64,000 nt of DNA, from positions 63,002-127,001 of the forward strand of contig CAYZVO010000001.1 in NCBI GenBank assembly GCA_964481655.1, given 5' to 3'. Position numbers and translations under genes: made by a program. Source of the DNA: an uncultured Enterobacterales bacterium. Its GTDB lineage: Bacteria; Myxococcota_A; UBA796; JAFGLY01. The notes beneath the pieces were generated by a model that made no database searches, was not told where the DNA came from, and saw nothing but the letters and a program-made list of their open reading frames with translations. Shown here piece after piece: positions 11,286-20,809 of this stretch (the first letter of the stretch is position 1; the number at the start of each line of letters is the position of its first letter).

Positions 11286-12887
11286 CTACGGCACCACGAG
11301 GATCGGGGAGAGGCTCGAGCCGAGCTCGCCCGCGAGGGAGCTGCCCCAGCTCGCGCTCGTGCGCGTGCCGCAGACGTTGGTGGTGGTGCTCGTGTGTTGC
11401 CAGCTGGTCCCGGTGGTGGTTCGGAGCTGGTACCAGGGGGAGTAGGCGTAGAAGAGAGAGCCGCCCCAACCCAAATAGTCTCCGTACACCACCTCCCCGA
11501 TGCGCCAGGGTCGCGGGGGCAGGAACCAGGAGCCCGCGACCCTGCATCCGCTCTCGATGTGGAACCCACTCCGGGCGAGCGTGGCAGACCAGCTGCTCCC
11601 GCCCCGGTAGTGGTCGAACGCCGCCAGCCACTGCTGGGAGCGCCAGGCCGTGTCGACCGACCAGCTGCAGCTGGTGCGCGCGGACGTGGTGCTCCACGCT
11701 GCACCGGACGGGAGCACCTGGACCACGCCGTGGAGGCCCGTGACCTGCATGGTGCCTGTGCTGGTTCGCCGATGAAACCCGCGGCAGTCCCAGGCGGAGG
11801 TGCTCCAGTAGTAGGGCCCGATCCCCCAGCGTGTCTCCGCGTCCTGCCGGAGCGTGAAGTGGCCGCCTCGTGCCTGCACCTTGACCCCGGCCGGGTGGCA
11901 CTCGCCGCCCCAGCAGTCGTCGTCGTCGCAGTCGGTGAGGCCGTCCGCGTCGTCGTCCAGGCCGTCGTGGCAGAGCACCTCCCCGCAGCTCCCGACGCCC
12001 GCGCAGCCGCCGTCCTCGCAGTCCACCAGCGCGTCGCAGTCGTTGTCGAGGCCGTCGTCGCAGGTCTCGGTGGCGTCGGGGTTCACCCCGGCGTCTTCGT
12101 CGTCGCAGTCGTCGTCGCCGTACCAGCCGTCGGCGTCGCGATCGCCCAGCTCGTGGTCACAGGCTTCGTTGTCGTCGCCGGGAGAGCCGTAGGCCGTACA
12201 GTTCGAGCTGGCCCGCAGCTCGTGGGAGCCGTAGCACCACGCGCCGGGATCGTCGTTGGCGGTGGCGTCGTAGGCGCTGGGATCGAGGGCGATGGCCCGG
12301 CCGAGGTGTCGGTCGGCGAACCAGCCGCTGTCGAAGCGCAACGCATCGATGACGAGCCCGTCGACCGACAGGTCGAGGCTGTCGCCCTCGGCGTCCAGGA
12401 CGAAGTCGCTGTCCTCGAGGTCGGGGTAGACGCCGTAGTTCGAGGTCCAGGAGTCGTTCCGGGCGATGGTGAAGGTCCCCCCAGCGGGGATCGTGTGCCT
12501 GCTGCCGATGAAGACCCTGCGGCCGACCTGGAGGCCGTACAGGTCCACATCACGGTCCAGCGTGTTCCGCAGCTCGACCCAGTAGGCCTGGGAGCTGCAG
12601 GGCTCGGCCATGAACTCGGTGACGATGAGGTCGCCAACCTGCAGCTCGTCGGTGGAGAGGGGTTCCCGCTCACCGGTGTCGCTGGTGTCCGCTGTGCAGT
12701 CGTCTTGAACCGCCGTCTCCGCTTGGCTGTCGGCCGGCTCGGCGGTGTCGGTGTCGCCGGTCTCCGGGGGCGCGCCCGTGTCCCCGGGCGCGCCTGTGTC
12801 CTGTGGGGCAGCTGTGTCCACGGGCTCCTTGTCCCCGCAGCGGGCGGTGACGAGCACCGTCAGCAGCGCGAGGGGGACCAGCCTCAT
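11286..12887 (-). CDS. Secreted/lipoprotein with lamin-tail-like domain, one MopE-type Cys-rich unit and a W/S/T-rich C-terminal domain
   Basis: Signal peptide MRLVPLALLTVLVTARCGD. LIVTEFMAEPCSSQAYWVELRNTLDRDVDLYGL is LTD-like. Cys-rich unit DADGWYGDDDCDDEDAGVNPDATETCDDGLDNDCD. The C-terminal 200 aa have an unusual W/S/T-rich composition. Confidence 0.6.
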   Translation of the reverse strand: MRLVPLALLTVLVTARCGDKEPVDTAAPQDTGAPGDTGAPPETGDTDTAEPADSQAETAVQDDCTADTSDTGEREPLSTDELQVGDLIVTEFMAEPCSSQAYWVELRNTLDRDVDLYGLQVGRRVFIGSRHTIPAGGTFTIARNDSWTSNYGVYPDLEDSDFVLDAEGDSLDLSVDGLVIDALRFDSGWFADRHLGRAIALDPSAYDATANDDPGAWCYGSHELRASSNCTAYGSPGDDNEACDHELGDRDADGWYGDDDCDDEDAGVNPDATETCDDGLDNDCDALVDCEDGGCAGVGSCGEVLCHDGLDDDADGLTDCDDDDCWGGECHPAGVKVQARGGHFTLRQDAETRWGIGPYYWSTSAWDCRGFHRRTSTGTMQVTGLHGVVQVLPSGAAWSTTSARTSCSWSVDTAWRSQQWLAAFDHYRGGSSWSATLARSGFHIESGCRVAGSWFLPPRPWRIGEVVYGDYLGWGGSLFYAYSPWYQLRTTTGTSWQHTSTTTNVCGTRTSASWGSSLAGELGSSLSPILVVP

Positions 12888-13190
12888 CTCCCGCCTCCTT
12901 CGGTCCCGAGAGCCACCATCGGACGAACGTGCTGCGACGGAAGCTCACCGTGGTCTGGGAGCAGAGGCTCCACCGGGTGGATGGCGCGCGCGGCCTCGAC
13001 GTGACGCGTAGACAATCCGTACAAGCTCGAGCCCTCCTCCACGGCGAGAGGGTCGTTCGCACGTGCGGGTGCCCTCCTGTCGGGCAGTCTGCCCGCCGGG
13101 TCGGTCGATCGTCAAGGAGCGCGGCGAGAGCCGGAGCGCCGGGAAATGCCCGAGAGCTTGCGCTCAACAGCTCCAGATCACCCCCGCGCC

Positions 13191-14561
13191 CTAGTCCATA
13201 TACCCCAGCACCTCCAGCTCCCGGATCAGCCCCTCATCCAGCGGCGCCAGCTCCCCGGCCCCCAGGCTGCGGCCCAGCTTCAACTGCTGGGTGTGGGCCT
13301 GCCGGGCCTGGCGGTAGAGCTTGGCTGATCGCGGACGCTCGTCGGCCAGGACGTCCTGCTGTTCGTGGGGGTCTGTGGGTCGGTGGTAGAGGGCCACGGC
13401 CTTGTTGACCGTCCAGTGAAGGACCCACTCGTCGGTGGTCCAGGCCCAGGTCTCGGGGATGGTGCGGTGTCCGCCGCCGCCCTCGGCTTCGCGCTTGGGG
13501 GAGGTGCGGGCCAGCAGGCCCTGGCGTGAGCTCTGCTCGCCCAGCAGGTCGAGCCCGGTGGCCTGGGTCCCCAGGCTGGCGCCGTCCTCGAGCTCCAGCA
13601 GCCCCAGCAGCGTGGGCACCAGGTCGGTGGCGGTGGCCAACGCGTCGCTGCGGCCGGGCTCGAGGCCGGGGGCCCGGATCAGCAGGGGGGCGTGCAGCTG
13701 CTCGCCCCAGACCATGCCGTGGTGGGTGATGCCGTGTTGGCCCAGACCCTCGCCGTGGTCTCCGGCGATCACCAGCACGGTGCGATCCCAGCGCCCAGCG
13801 GCCTTCAGGCTGTCGACGAGCCGGCCCAGCTGGGCGTCGGTCTCCCGCAGCTCGGCGTCGTAGCGAGCCAGGGTGTCCAGGTCGTCCTCGCCCAGCCCGC
13901 GCTCGTGGGCCCAGGCCCGCAGGGTCTCGTCGGGCCGCCAGCGGACGCGGTCCAGCAGGGCGGGCTCCCAGGGGTGGTGGGGATCGTAGAGGTGGACCCA
14001 GAGCAGGTAGGGGGGCAGGGCCTGCTCCCCGAGCCAGCCGATGGCCAGATCCACGGTCTCGGCCCCCGTGCGCTCGAAGGTGCGGGGCTGCTTGTACGTG
14101 GCGAAGCCCTCGGCGATGCCCGTCTGGTGCTTGACCGGCGTGGCGCTGACGAAGGCGGCGCAGTCGTAGCCCCTGCTCCCCAGCCAGCCCGCGAGGGTCT
14201 CGACACCGGCCGGCGCCACGAAGCGCTCGCCGGAGAAGGCCATGTTCGCCACGATCCCGTGCTCGGTGGGTTCGAGGCCGGTGAACAGGCTGGTGTGCAC
14301 GGGCAGGGTGGTGGCCACCGGCACGTGGAAGCGCTCGAAGAGCAGCGAGTCTGCGGCCAGGGCGTCCAGCACCGGCGTGGTCGGCCGCGGGTAGCCGTAG
14401 GCCCCGATGTGGTCGGCGCGGGTGGTGTCCAGGGTGACGATCACCACGTCGAGGGCGTCGCCCTCGCTGTGGTCGAAGCGGTGCAGCGGCCCGTCGATGG
14501 CGGGGCTGCACGCCGTGGCGACGAGCAGGGTGAGGGCGAGGCTGGTGGGGTGCGGGAGCAT
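13191..14561 (-). CDS. Sulfatase-like (alkaline-phosphatase superfamily) lipoprotein with Thr at the nucleophile position
   Basis: Track ORF is 13191..14657. ATG at 14561 gives MLPHPTSLALTLLVATAC (lipobox). DVVIVTLDTTRADHIGAYGYPRPTTPVLDAL is the sulfatase N-terminal signature. The C/S-x-P-x-R site reads T-L-P-V-H (codons 14295-14309). Confidence 0.75.
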   Translation of the reverse strand: MLPHPTSLALTLLVATACSPAIDGPLHRFDHSEGDALDVVIVTLDTTRADHIGAYGYPRPTTPVLDALAADSLLFERFHVPVATTLPVHTSLFTGLEPTEHGIVANMAFSGERFVAPAGVETLAGWLGSRGYDCAAFVSATPVKHQTGIAEGFATYKQPRTFERTGAETVDLAIGWLGEQALPPYLLWVHLYDPHHPWEPALLDRVRWRPDETLRAWAHERGLGEDDLDTLARYDAELRETDAQLGRLVDSLKAAGRWDRTVLVIAGDHGEGLGQHGITHHGMVWGEQLHAPLLIRAPGLEPGRSDALATATDLVPTLLGLLELEDGASLGTQATGLDLLGEQSSRQGLLARTSPKREAEGGGGHRTIPETWAWTTDEWVLHWTVNKAVALYHRPTDPHEQQDVLADERPRSAKLYRQARQAHTQQLKLGRSLGAGELAPLDEGLIRELEVLGYMD

Positions 14562-14592
14562 GGGGGTGCCAGGGCACCTCTCTAATCGCCCG

Positions 14593-15732
14593 TCAGGTCT
14601 GGTCGCCCTCCCGCAGCGCCCGACGCTCCCTCCAGAACGGGGCGATGTGGGGCTCATCGACCTCGACCGTCTCGCCCTGGATCGGCGCCAGCAGGGTCGC
14701 GCCCCGCTCTTCGGCCAGCTGCTGCAGCCGCACGATGGGCTGGTCCCAGTCGTGCAGCGCCAGGTCGAAGGTGCCGTGGTGGATGGGCAGCAGCGCGCCG
14801 CCGCCCACCTGCTCGAACAGCTCCATCGCGGCGTCGGGACCCAGGTGGATGCCGGCCCAGGACTCGTCCCAGGCGCCGATCTCCAGCATGGTCAGATCGA
14901 AGGGGCCGTAGCGCTCGGCGATGAGGTCGGCGGCCTCCAGGGGGCCGGTGTCGCCGCCGAACCAGGCGCGGTGCTGGGACCCGATCACCACCCAGGAGCC
15001 CCAGAGCGTGCGGTCCCGGTCCAGCACCCCTCGGCCGGAGAAGTGGTGGCTGGGGGTGCAGACCAGGCGCAGGTCGCCGACCGTGGTGGCCTCCCACCAG
15101 TCCAGCTCGGTGATCTGCCCCACCGGCACGCCCCAGCTCTCGAGGTGGGCGCCGACGCCCAGGGGGACCAGGAAGCGCACGCCCCGCTCCCCCAGGGCCA
15201 CCACGGTGCGGTGGTCGAGGTGGTCGTAGTGATCGTGGGAGATGAGCACGGCGTCGATGGCGGGCAGGGCCTCGAGGGGCAGCGGCGGCGCGTGGAAGCG
15301 CTCGGGGCCGGCCCAGCCCACCGGGGCGGCGCGCTCGGTCCAGACGGGATCGGTGAGCAGCAGGTGGCCGTCGATCTCGAGCAGCACCGTGCTGTGGCCG
15401 AGCCAGGTGGCCCGCAGGCGCTCGTTGTGGGGGGACAGGGTCTCGGGGTCGGGCTGCGCGATGGGGATCTCGATCTTCGGGCGGGCCTCCCGGTGATCGG
15501 TGACCCAGCGCACGCCGGTGCCGAGCATCGAGGTGCCGTCGGGGGACATGGGGCGGTCCACCAGGTTCTTGGCCTTGCCACCCTCGAAGTTCGGGGAGGC
15601 CTGGATGCGCGCGAGGCGGTCCCCGCCCGGCGTGGCACCCAGGGCGGGCAGCCCCAGGGCGGCCCAGGCGAAGCCGACCCCGCCCACGGCGGCGGCTCCG
15701 GCGGCGACGGCGAGCTTCTTGCGGCTGGACAT
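14593..15732 (-). CDS. MBL-fold metallo-hydrolase (NAPE-PLD-like)
   Basis: Track ORF is 14593..16128, but its first 132 codons are R/P-rich. ATG at 15732 gives MSSRKKLAVAAGAAAVGGVGFAWAALG. Metal motif LISHDHYDHLD (HxHxDH). Confidence 0.75.
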   Translation of the reverse strand: MSSRKKLAVAAGAAAVGGVGFAWAALGLPALGATPGGDRLARIQASPNFEGGKAKNLVDRPMSPDGTSMLGTGVRWVTDHREARPKIEIPIAQPDPETLSPHNERLRATWLGHSTVLLEIDGHLLLTDPVWTERAAPVGWAGPERFHAPPLPLEALPAIDAVLISHDHYDHLDHRTVVALGERGVRFLVPLGVGAHLESWGVPVGQITELDWWEATTVGDLRLVCTPSHHFSGRGVLDRDRTLWGSWVVIGSQHRAWFGGDTGPLEAADLIAERYGPFDLTMLEIGAWDESWAGIHLGPDAAMELFEQVGGGALLPIHHGTFDLALHDWDQPIVRLQQLAEERGATLLAPIQGETVEVDEPHIAPFWRERRALREGDQT

Positions 15733-15740
15733 GGTGGACC

Positions 15741-16637
15741 TCAGGCGTGCTGGGACAGGTACTTCACACCGGTGAGCTCTTCGGACAGGGTCCAGAGCCG
15801 CAGGGCCACCGCCTCGTCCTTGGCGGCGTCGCTGGTGGCGACCTTGGTCGGCGGGCCCTTGATCTCGAACAGGCCGCCGGGACCGAAGTAGTCGCCGGCC
15901 TCGGCGTCGGGGTCGGTGGCGGCGCGGAGGGTGGGGAGGGCGCCGTCGGGGGGGCGCTGGGCGAACAGGCTGTTGCCGATGCGCATCATCGCCGAGCCGC
16001 CCTGCAGGTTGGTGGCGGTCCAGCCCGGGTGGGCCGAGGTGGCCACCACCCCGGAGCCGTTGGCGCGCCGGTTCAGCTCGGTGGTGAACAGCAGGTTGGC
16101 CAGCTTGCTCTGCCCGTAGGCGGCCCATGGGCGGTAGCGGTCTTCGCTCTGCAGGTCCTCGAAGTCGATGGTGCCGAACTTGTGGGCCATGGAGCTGACG
16201 TTGACCACCCGGGGGCTGTCCGCCGCCTCGAGCAGGGGCAGCAGCAGGCCGGTCAGGGCGAAGTGGCCCAGGTGGTTGGTGCCCAGCTGGGTCTCGAAGC
16301 CGTCGGCGGTCAGCCCCTTGGGGGGCACCATCACGCCCGCGTTGTTGATGAGCAGGTCAAGGTGATCGTAGCGGTCGGCCACGGCGGCGGCGAAGGCGCG
16401 GATGGAGCCAAGGCTGCCCAGGTCGAGGGACATGAGCACGACCTTGGCCTCCGGCTGGTCGTCGAGGAGCGCCTCGAGCGCGACCTGGCCCTTCTCCGGG
16501 TTGCGGCAGGCCATGACCACGGTGGCGCCGCGGGCGGCCAGGGACTTGGCGGTCTCGTAGCCGATGCCGCTGTTCGCTCCGGTCACGATGGCGATCTTGT
16601 CGGTCTGATCGGGGATGTCGGTGTGGGTCCAGCTCAT
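15741..16637 (-). CDS. Short-chain dehydrogenase/reductase (SDR)
   Basis: IAIVTGANSGIGYETAK (TGxxxGxG), NNAG, and YGQSK (YxxxK). Confidence 0.88.
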   Translation of the reverse strand: MSWTHTDIPDQTDKIAIVTGANSGIGYETAKSLAARGATVVMACRNPEKGQVALEALLDDQPEAKVVLMSLDLGSLGSIRAFAAAVADRYDHLDLLINNAGVMVPPKGLTADGFETQLGTNHLGHFALTGLLLPLLEAADSPRVVNVSSMAHKFGTIDFEDLQSEDRYRPWAAYGQSKLANLLFTTELNRRANGSGVVATSAHPGWTATNLQGGSAMMRIGNSLFAQRPPDGALPTLRAATDPDAEAGDYFGPGGLFEIKGPPTKVATSDAAKDEAVALRLWTLSEELTGVKYLSQHA

Positions 16638-16663
16638 GGTTCACCTCGGGTCGAGGGGTTTAG

Positions 16664-16678
16664 GTGACTAACGTTCAC
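16664..16678. promoter_or_regulatory. Operator-like inverted repeat 1 (GTGA-N7-TCAC) in the TetR/SDR divergent region
   Basis: gtgactaacgttcac matches the second site at 11 of 15 positions. It lies 27 nt upstream of the SDR start. Confidence 0.45.
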
Positions 16679-16741
16679 TTAACTACGCGCAGCAGTTCAG
16701 GGCGTCAAGTGGTTTCTTCGTCCTGGCAGGTCCCTGTTTGG

Positions 16742-16756
16742 GTGAATACGATTCAC
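16742..16756. promoter_or_regulatory. Operator-like perfect palindrome 2 (GTGAAT-acg-ATTCAC)
   Basis: gtgaatacgattcac is a 6-3-6 perfect inverted repeat. It lies 19 nt upstream of the TetR ATG, just before RBS aggagg (16765-70). Confidence 0.5.
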
Positions 16757-16774
16757 TTGTCATCAGGAGGCCCC

Positions 16775-17440
16775 ATGTCCGACACCTGTTCGTTCCTGCG
16801 CGCCCGCCGTCCCGAGCAGAAGGCACAGCGTCGCGCGGCCCTGCTGCAGGCCGCGGGCGAGCTGGTGGACGAGCTGGGGCCGATGGGCGTGAGCGTGGGC
16901 GCCATCGCCAAGCGGGTGAAGCTGTCCAAGGGCAACCTCTACCGCTACTTCTCCAGTCGGGAGGCCATCCTGCTCGAGCTGCTGCACGACAGCTGGGTCG
17001 AGTGGGTCGATGCGGTGGAGCGTGAGCTCGCCCCCCTCGCTGGCTGTGATGATCCGGCGGCGGTGGCCGCTGTCCTCGCGCGGACCGCGGTCGAACGGCC
17101 CCGCGCCTGCAGGCTGCTGGCGGTGATGACCACGGTCCTCGAGCAGAACGTCACCGCCGAGGTGATCCTGGACTTCAAGCTGCGCAGCGTCGGGCTCTTC
17201 ATCCGCCTGGGCAACGCGCTGTTCGTCTCGCTGCCGGGCCTGGGCATCGACGGCGCCCGTGGCTTCCTGACCTCCTACATGGCGCTGCTCGCGGGGCTGT
17301 GGCCCATGACCAACCCTCCGCCGGTGGTCGCCGAGGTCCTGGAACGTCCCGAGCTCCAGGGCTTCCAGCACGACTTCGCCGCCAGCCTCGAGCGGGGCAC
17401 CCATGCGCTCTTGGTCGGGATGACGACCAGGAGCCCATAG
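16775..17440 (+). CDS. TetR/AcrR-family transcriptional regulator
   Basis: ATG at 16775 follows AGGAGG. HTH region RRAALLQAAGELVDELGPMGVSVGAIAKRVKLSKGNLYRYFSSREAILLELL. Divergent from the SDR operon. Confidence 0.88.
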   Translation: MSDTCSFLRARRPEQKAQRRAALLQAAGELVDELGPMGVSVGAIAKRVKLSKGNLYRYFSSREAILLELLHDSWVEWVDAVERELAPLAGCDDPAAVAAVLARTAVERPRACRLLAVMTTVLEQNVTAEVILDFKLRSVGLFIRLGNALFVSLPGLGIDGARGFLTSYMALLAGLWPMTNPPPVVAEVLERPELQGFQHDFAASLERGTHALLVGMTTRSP

Positions 17441-17495
17441 TCTCGCTCCTGCCGGCCGCCGCGGTGTTAGCGGAGGCTCTCCCGACGGAGGTCCC

Positions 17496-17987
17496 ATGCG
17501 TCTCACCGCCCCTCTCGTGTATTCACTGCTGTTGGTCATCGGTTGCGGCGAGCCCGACACCAAGGACTCGGACACCGGGGCCGCCGCGGTCTCCCGCGAC
17601 GGCGACTACACCGGCACCATGGCCCTGGCCATGTCCGGCGGCGGGGGCGAGGGCGACTGCGAGGTCGAGCTGACCCTCGGTGTGCTCGAGGGCGGTGAGC
17701 CGGCGGTGAGCGGCGGCAGCTGCTGCGCCGTCCAGGGCTTGAGCTCCCACGGCGACGTGGACATCTGCCTGCAGTTCGCGGGCAGCATCGACGCCGACGG
17801 CGCCATCACCGGCTTCCTGATCGCCACCGAGCAGGGGTCGGACTCCGAGCCCAATGGCAGCTGGGAGGGTTCCGTCTCCGACGCCGGTTCGCTGCAGGCG
17901 ACGGGCGACGGCGAGATGCCCCACGAGATCGGCTCCACCAGCTTCACCCTCGACTACTCCATCACCGTCGCGCTCGATCGAGAGTAG
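17496..17987 (+). CDS. Lipoprotein, hypothetical
   Basis: MRLTAPLVYSLLLVIGCGE (lipobox), then an acidic/Gly/Ser-rich body. Ends 6 nt before the histidine kinase gene. Confidence 0.55.
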   Translation: MRLTAPLVYSLLLVIGCGEPDTKDSDTGAAAVSRDGDYTGTMALAMSGGGGEGDCEVELTLGVLEGGEPAVSGGSCCAVQGLSSHGDVDICLQFAGSIDADGAITGFLIATEQGSDSEPNGSWEGSVSDAGSLQATGDGEMPHEIGSTSFTLDYSITVALDRE

Positions 17988-17993
17988 GCGCGC

Positions 17994-19100
17994 ATGAGCT
18001 CCCACGACGTGCGGGCAGCTCGGCGGGCGCTGCGGGAGTCCGAGCGGGCCCACTCCACCCTGCTGGCCAACCTCCCCGGCGTCGCCTATCGCTGCCTCAA
18101 CCAGCCGGGCTGGCCCATGCAGTTCCTGAGCCAGGGCTGCCTCGAGGTCACCGGCTACACCCCCGAGGCGCTGATGATCGGGGGCGAGAAGGACTTCGGC
18201 GACATCCTCCACCCCGAGGATCGCGCGCGGGTCTGGGACGAGGTCCAGCAGGCCATCAACGCCGGCCAGCCCTTCACACTCCAGTACCGCATCCACACCG
18301 CCGACGGCGGGGAACGGGTGGTCTGGGAGCGCGGCCGCGCGGTGTACGACGAGCTGGATCGACTGGTCTCCCTCGAGGGCTTCATCCAGGACATCACCGA
18401 GCGCGTGGAGCTCGAGGCCCGGATGCTCGAGGCCCAGAAGCTCGAGGCCGTCGGGCAGCTGGCCGGGGGCGTGGTCCACGACATCAACAACATGCTGATG
18501 GTGATCCGCGCGTTCATGGATGCGGCCCCATCGCCTGGCGAAGGAGCCACCCACGAGTGGCGCGAGCCAGCCCTGCAGGCGGTCGATCGGGGCACCGCGC
18601 TGACCCGCCAGCTGCTCACCATCGCCCGCCAGCAGCCCAGTGAGCGCAGCGAGCTGGAGCTCGGCGCCCTGATCGACGGCTTCGTCGCGCTCGTCGGCCC
18701 GTTGTTGGGCAAGGCTGTGCAGCTGGAGCTGGTGCGTGCCCCGGAGCCGCTGTGGGTCCAGGGCGACCGGATCCAGCTCGAGCAGGTGCTGATGAACCTG
18801 GCCATCAACGCCCGGGACGCCATGCCCGACGGCGGTCGCCTGGTGATCCGCGCCCGCGCCGACGCCGAGGCGGCGCTGGCCATCGTCGAGGTGGAGGACG
18901 ACGGCGCGGGCATCGATCCGGCGCTGCAGGACCGGGTGTTCACGCCCTACTTCACGACCAAGGCGCCCGAGCGCGGGACCGGCCTGGGGCTGTTCACGGT
19001 GAAGAGCATCGTGCAGCAGCACGGGGGCGTGGTCGATCTGGTCTCCGCGCCGGGTCGCGGCTGCTGCTTCTCCATCCAGCTGCCGATGGTGCGTCGCTAG
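17994..19100 (+). CDS. Cytoplasmic PAS-domain sensor histidine kinase
   Basis: PAS domain (LANLPGVAYRC..GFIQDITERV). H-box GQLAGGVVHDINNML. N/G boxes LMNLAINARDAM, VEDDGAGI, and GTGLGLFTVKSIV. Confidence 0.88.
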   Translation: MSSHDVRAARRALRESERAHSTLLANLPGVAYRCLNQPGWPMQFLSQGCLEVTGYTPEALMIGGEKDFGDILHPEDRARVWDEVQQAINAGQPFTLQYRIHTADGGERVVWERGRAVYDELDRLVSLEGFIQDITERVELEARMLEAQKLEAVGQLAGGVVHDINNMLMVIRAFMDAAPSPGEGATHEWREPALQAVDRGTALTRQLLTIARQQPSERSELELGALIDGFVALVGPLLGKAVQLELVRAPEPLWVQGDRIQLEQVLMNLAINARDAMPDGGRLVIRARADAEAALAIVEVEDDGAGIDPALQDRVFTPYFTTKAPERGTGLGLFTVKSIVQQHGGVVDLVSAPGRGCCFSIQLPMVRR

Positions 19101-19162
19101 GCTGGCTCCCGGCCCCGCCCCGGGGTTAGGCCCACGCCCTTCCCTCATCCCTGGAGGAACCC

Positions 19163-20227
19163 GTGGAGTTCTGGAACACCATGGTCTTCGAGAACGAGGC
19201 CTGGCGCTGGCTGGCCTACCTGGGCATCACCATCCTGGCGCTGATGCTCTCGCGCGTGATCTTCTACTTCCTGCGACGCATCGTGCAGGCGTTCACCAAG
19301 AAGACCGAGACCCAGGTCGACGACCTGGTCCTCGACGCGGTGGAGCGGCCCACCATCCTGGCCCTGGTGGCCTCGTCCCTGTACTTCGGGCTGTTCCTCA
19401 TCCGGCACGGCGAGGGCTTCCTGGCCACCACGCCCCTGGTGCTGGGCATCTACGGCTTCGTGGTCACCGTCCTGGTCACCTACGTGCTGGCCCGCCTGTA
19501 CGGCGAGCTGCTCGAGTACTACCTGCGGCCCATCGTCGAGAAGACCGAGACCAAGCTCGACGATCAGCTCCTGCCCATCGGCGTCAAGGGCGGCCGCCTG
19601 GCCATCTGGGCCGTGGGCCTGATGATCGCGTTCTCGAACGCCGGGGTCGACGTCAACTCCCTGATCGCCGGCCTCGGCATCGGCGGCCTGGCCTTCGCCA
19701 TGGCGGCCAAGGACACGGTGGCCAACGTCTTCGGCGGCGCCAGCATCTTCGCGGACAAGCCCTTCCAGATCGGCGACGTCATCACCGTCGGCGGCTCCAC
19801 CGGCACCGTCGAGGAGATCGGCGTGCGCACCACCCGCATCCGCACCTACGACGACACCATCTTCATCCTGCCCAACGCCCAGGTGGCCGACAGCCCCCTC
19901 GAGAACGTCAGCGCGCGGCGCAAGCGCAAGCGGGTGATGTCCATCGGCCTGACCTACGACCACAGCCACACCCAGATGGTGCGGGCCAAGGAGCTGCTGG
20001 GGGAGATCCTCGCGGAGACCGAGGGCCTCGAGCCCGAGCCCGCCATCCGCTTCGACGACTTCGGCGACTCGGCCCTGCTGCTCACCGTGATCTTCTGGGT
20101 CAGCGATCCCGGCGACTACTTCGCCAGGGTCGACGAGGTGAACATGAAGGTGCTCGAGCGCTTCGGGGCCGAAGGCTTCGACATGGCGTTCCCCAGTCAG
20201 ACGGTCTACGTCAAGGGTGACGCCTAG
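19163..20227 (+). CDS. MscS-family mechanosensitive channel
   Basis: GTG at 19163 follows GGAGGA. TM helices, then NVFGGASIFADKPFQIGDVITVGGSTGTVEEIGVRTTRIRTYDDTIFILPNAQV. Confidence 0.88.
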   Translation: MEFWNTMVFENEAWRWLAYLGITILALMLSRVIFYFLRRIVQAFTKKTETQVDDLVLDAVERPTILALVASSLYFGLFLIRHGEGFLATTPLVLGIYGFVVTVLVTYVLARLYGELLEYYLRPIVEKTETKLDDQLLPIGVKGGRLAIWAVGLMIAFSNAGVDVNSLIAGLGIGGLAFAMAAKDTVANVFGGASIFADKPFQIGDVITVGGSTGTVEEIGVRTTRIRTYDDTIFILPNAQVADSPLENVSARRKRKRVMSIGLTYDHSHTQMVRAKELLGEILAETEGLEPEPAIRFDDFGDSALLLTVIFWVSDPGDYFARVDEVNMKVLERFGAEGFDMAFPSQTVYVKGDA

Positions 20228-20239
20228 CCCAGGACGCCC

Positions 20240-20752
20240 ATGCCCCTCTCCAAGGCCCTCGACGAAGCCCTCGACGCCCACCTCGAGCGCGCCCAGGCCG
20301 CCCGCGACGCTGGCGAGCCCGACCCGGGTCCTCCGGGACAGATCGAGATCGAGGCCGGCGGGGTGACCCTCGAGGCCGATGTGGTCGACTGCGAGCGCAT
20401 CGGCGCGACCGTGGATCGGCTGCGGGTGAGCCGTGACGAGCCGGGCGACGTGGCGGCCCAGGCCGGCGCCATCGCCGGCCGCATGCACGGGCTGGGCGAG
20501 CGGGTCGAGCCCGTCGAGCTGGCCCCCGAGCTGGGCGGTGGGGTGCTGCGCACCGCGCCGGACGACATGGTCGAGGGTCGCTTCTTCGAGATCGGCATCA
20601 GCGACGACGGCCGCCAGGCCGAGCTCGAGCGCTACCAGGTCGGCGAAGACGGTGAGCGCAGCCGCGAGCCCTTCACCGTCACCCGCCGCAGCCTCGGCCG
20701 GGTGGTCGATGGGCTGGCCGAGGGGTTGGAGGCACAGGGCGACGAGTCCTGA
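20240..20752 (+). CDS. Hypothetical acidic cytoplasmic protein
   Basis: 170-aa ORF starting 12 nt after the MscS gene. Coding-like composition. No motif recognised. Confidence 0.5.
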   Translation: MPLSKALDEALDAHLERAQAARDAGEPDPGPPGQIEIEAGGVTLEADVVDCERIGATVDRLRVSRDEPGDVAAQAGAIAGRMHGLGERVEPVELAPELGGGVLRTAPDDMVEGRFFEIGISDDGRQAELERYQVGEDGERSREPFTVTRRSLGRVVDGLAEGLEAQGDES

Positions 20753-20809
20753 CCCATCCCTGGCAGCGCCCGCGGCGGGTGCGAGGTACAGCGAGCATGG
20801 AGGCCCTCC

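Noticed and set aside
13081-13095. Perfect palindrome cgggcag-t-ctgcccg in the 303-bp spacer between the sulfatase-like gene and the lamin-tail-like gene
   Set aside because: The 1-nt centre makes a poor hairpin. It is a single occurrence with no partner site or adjacent promoter elements that I could recognise, so this is too little to call a binding site or terminator.
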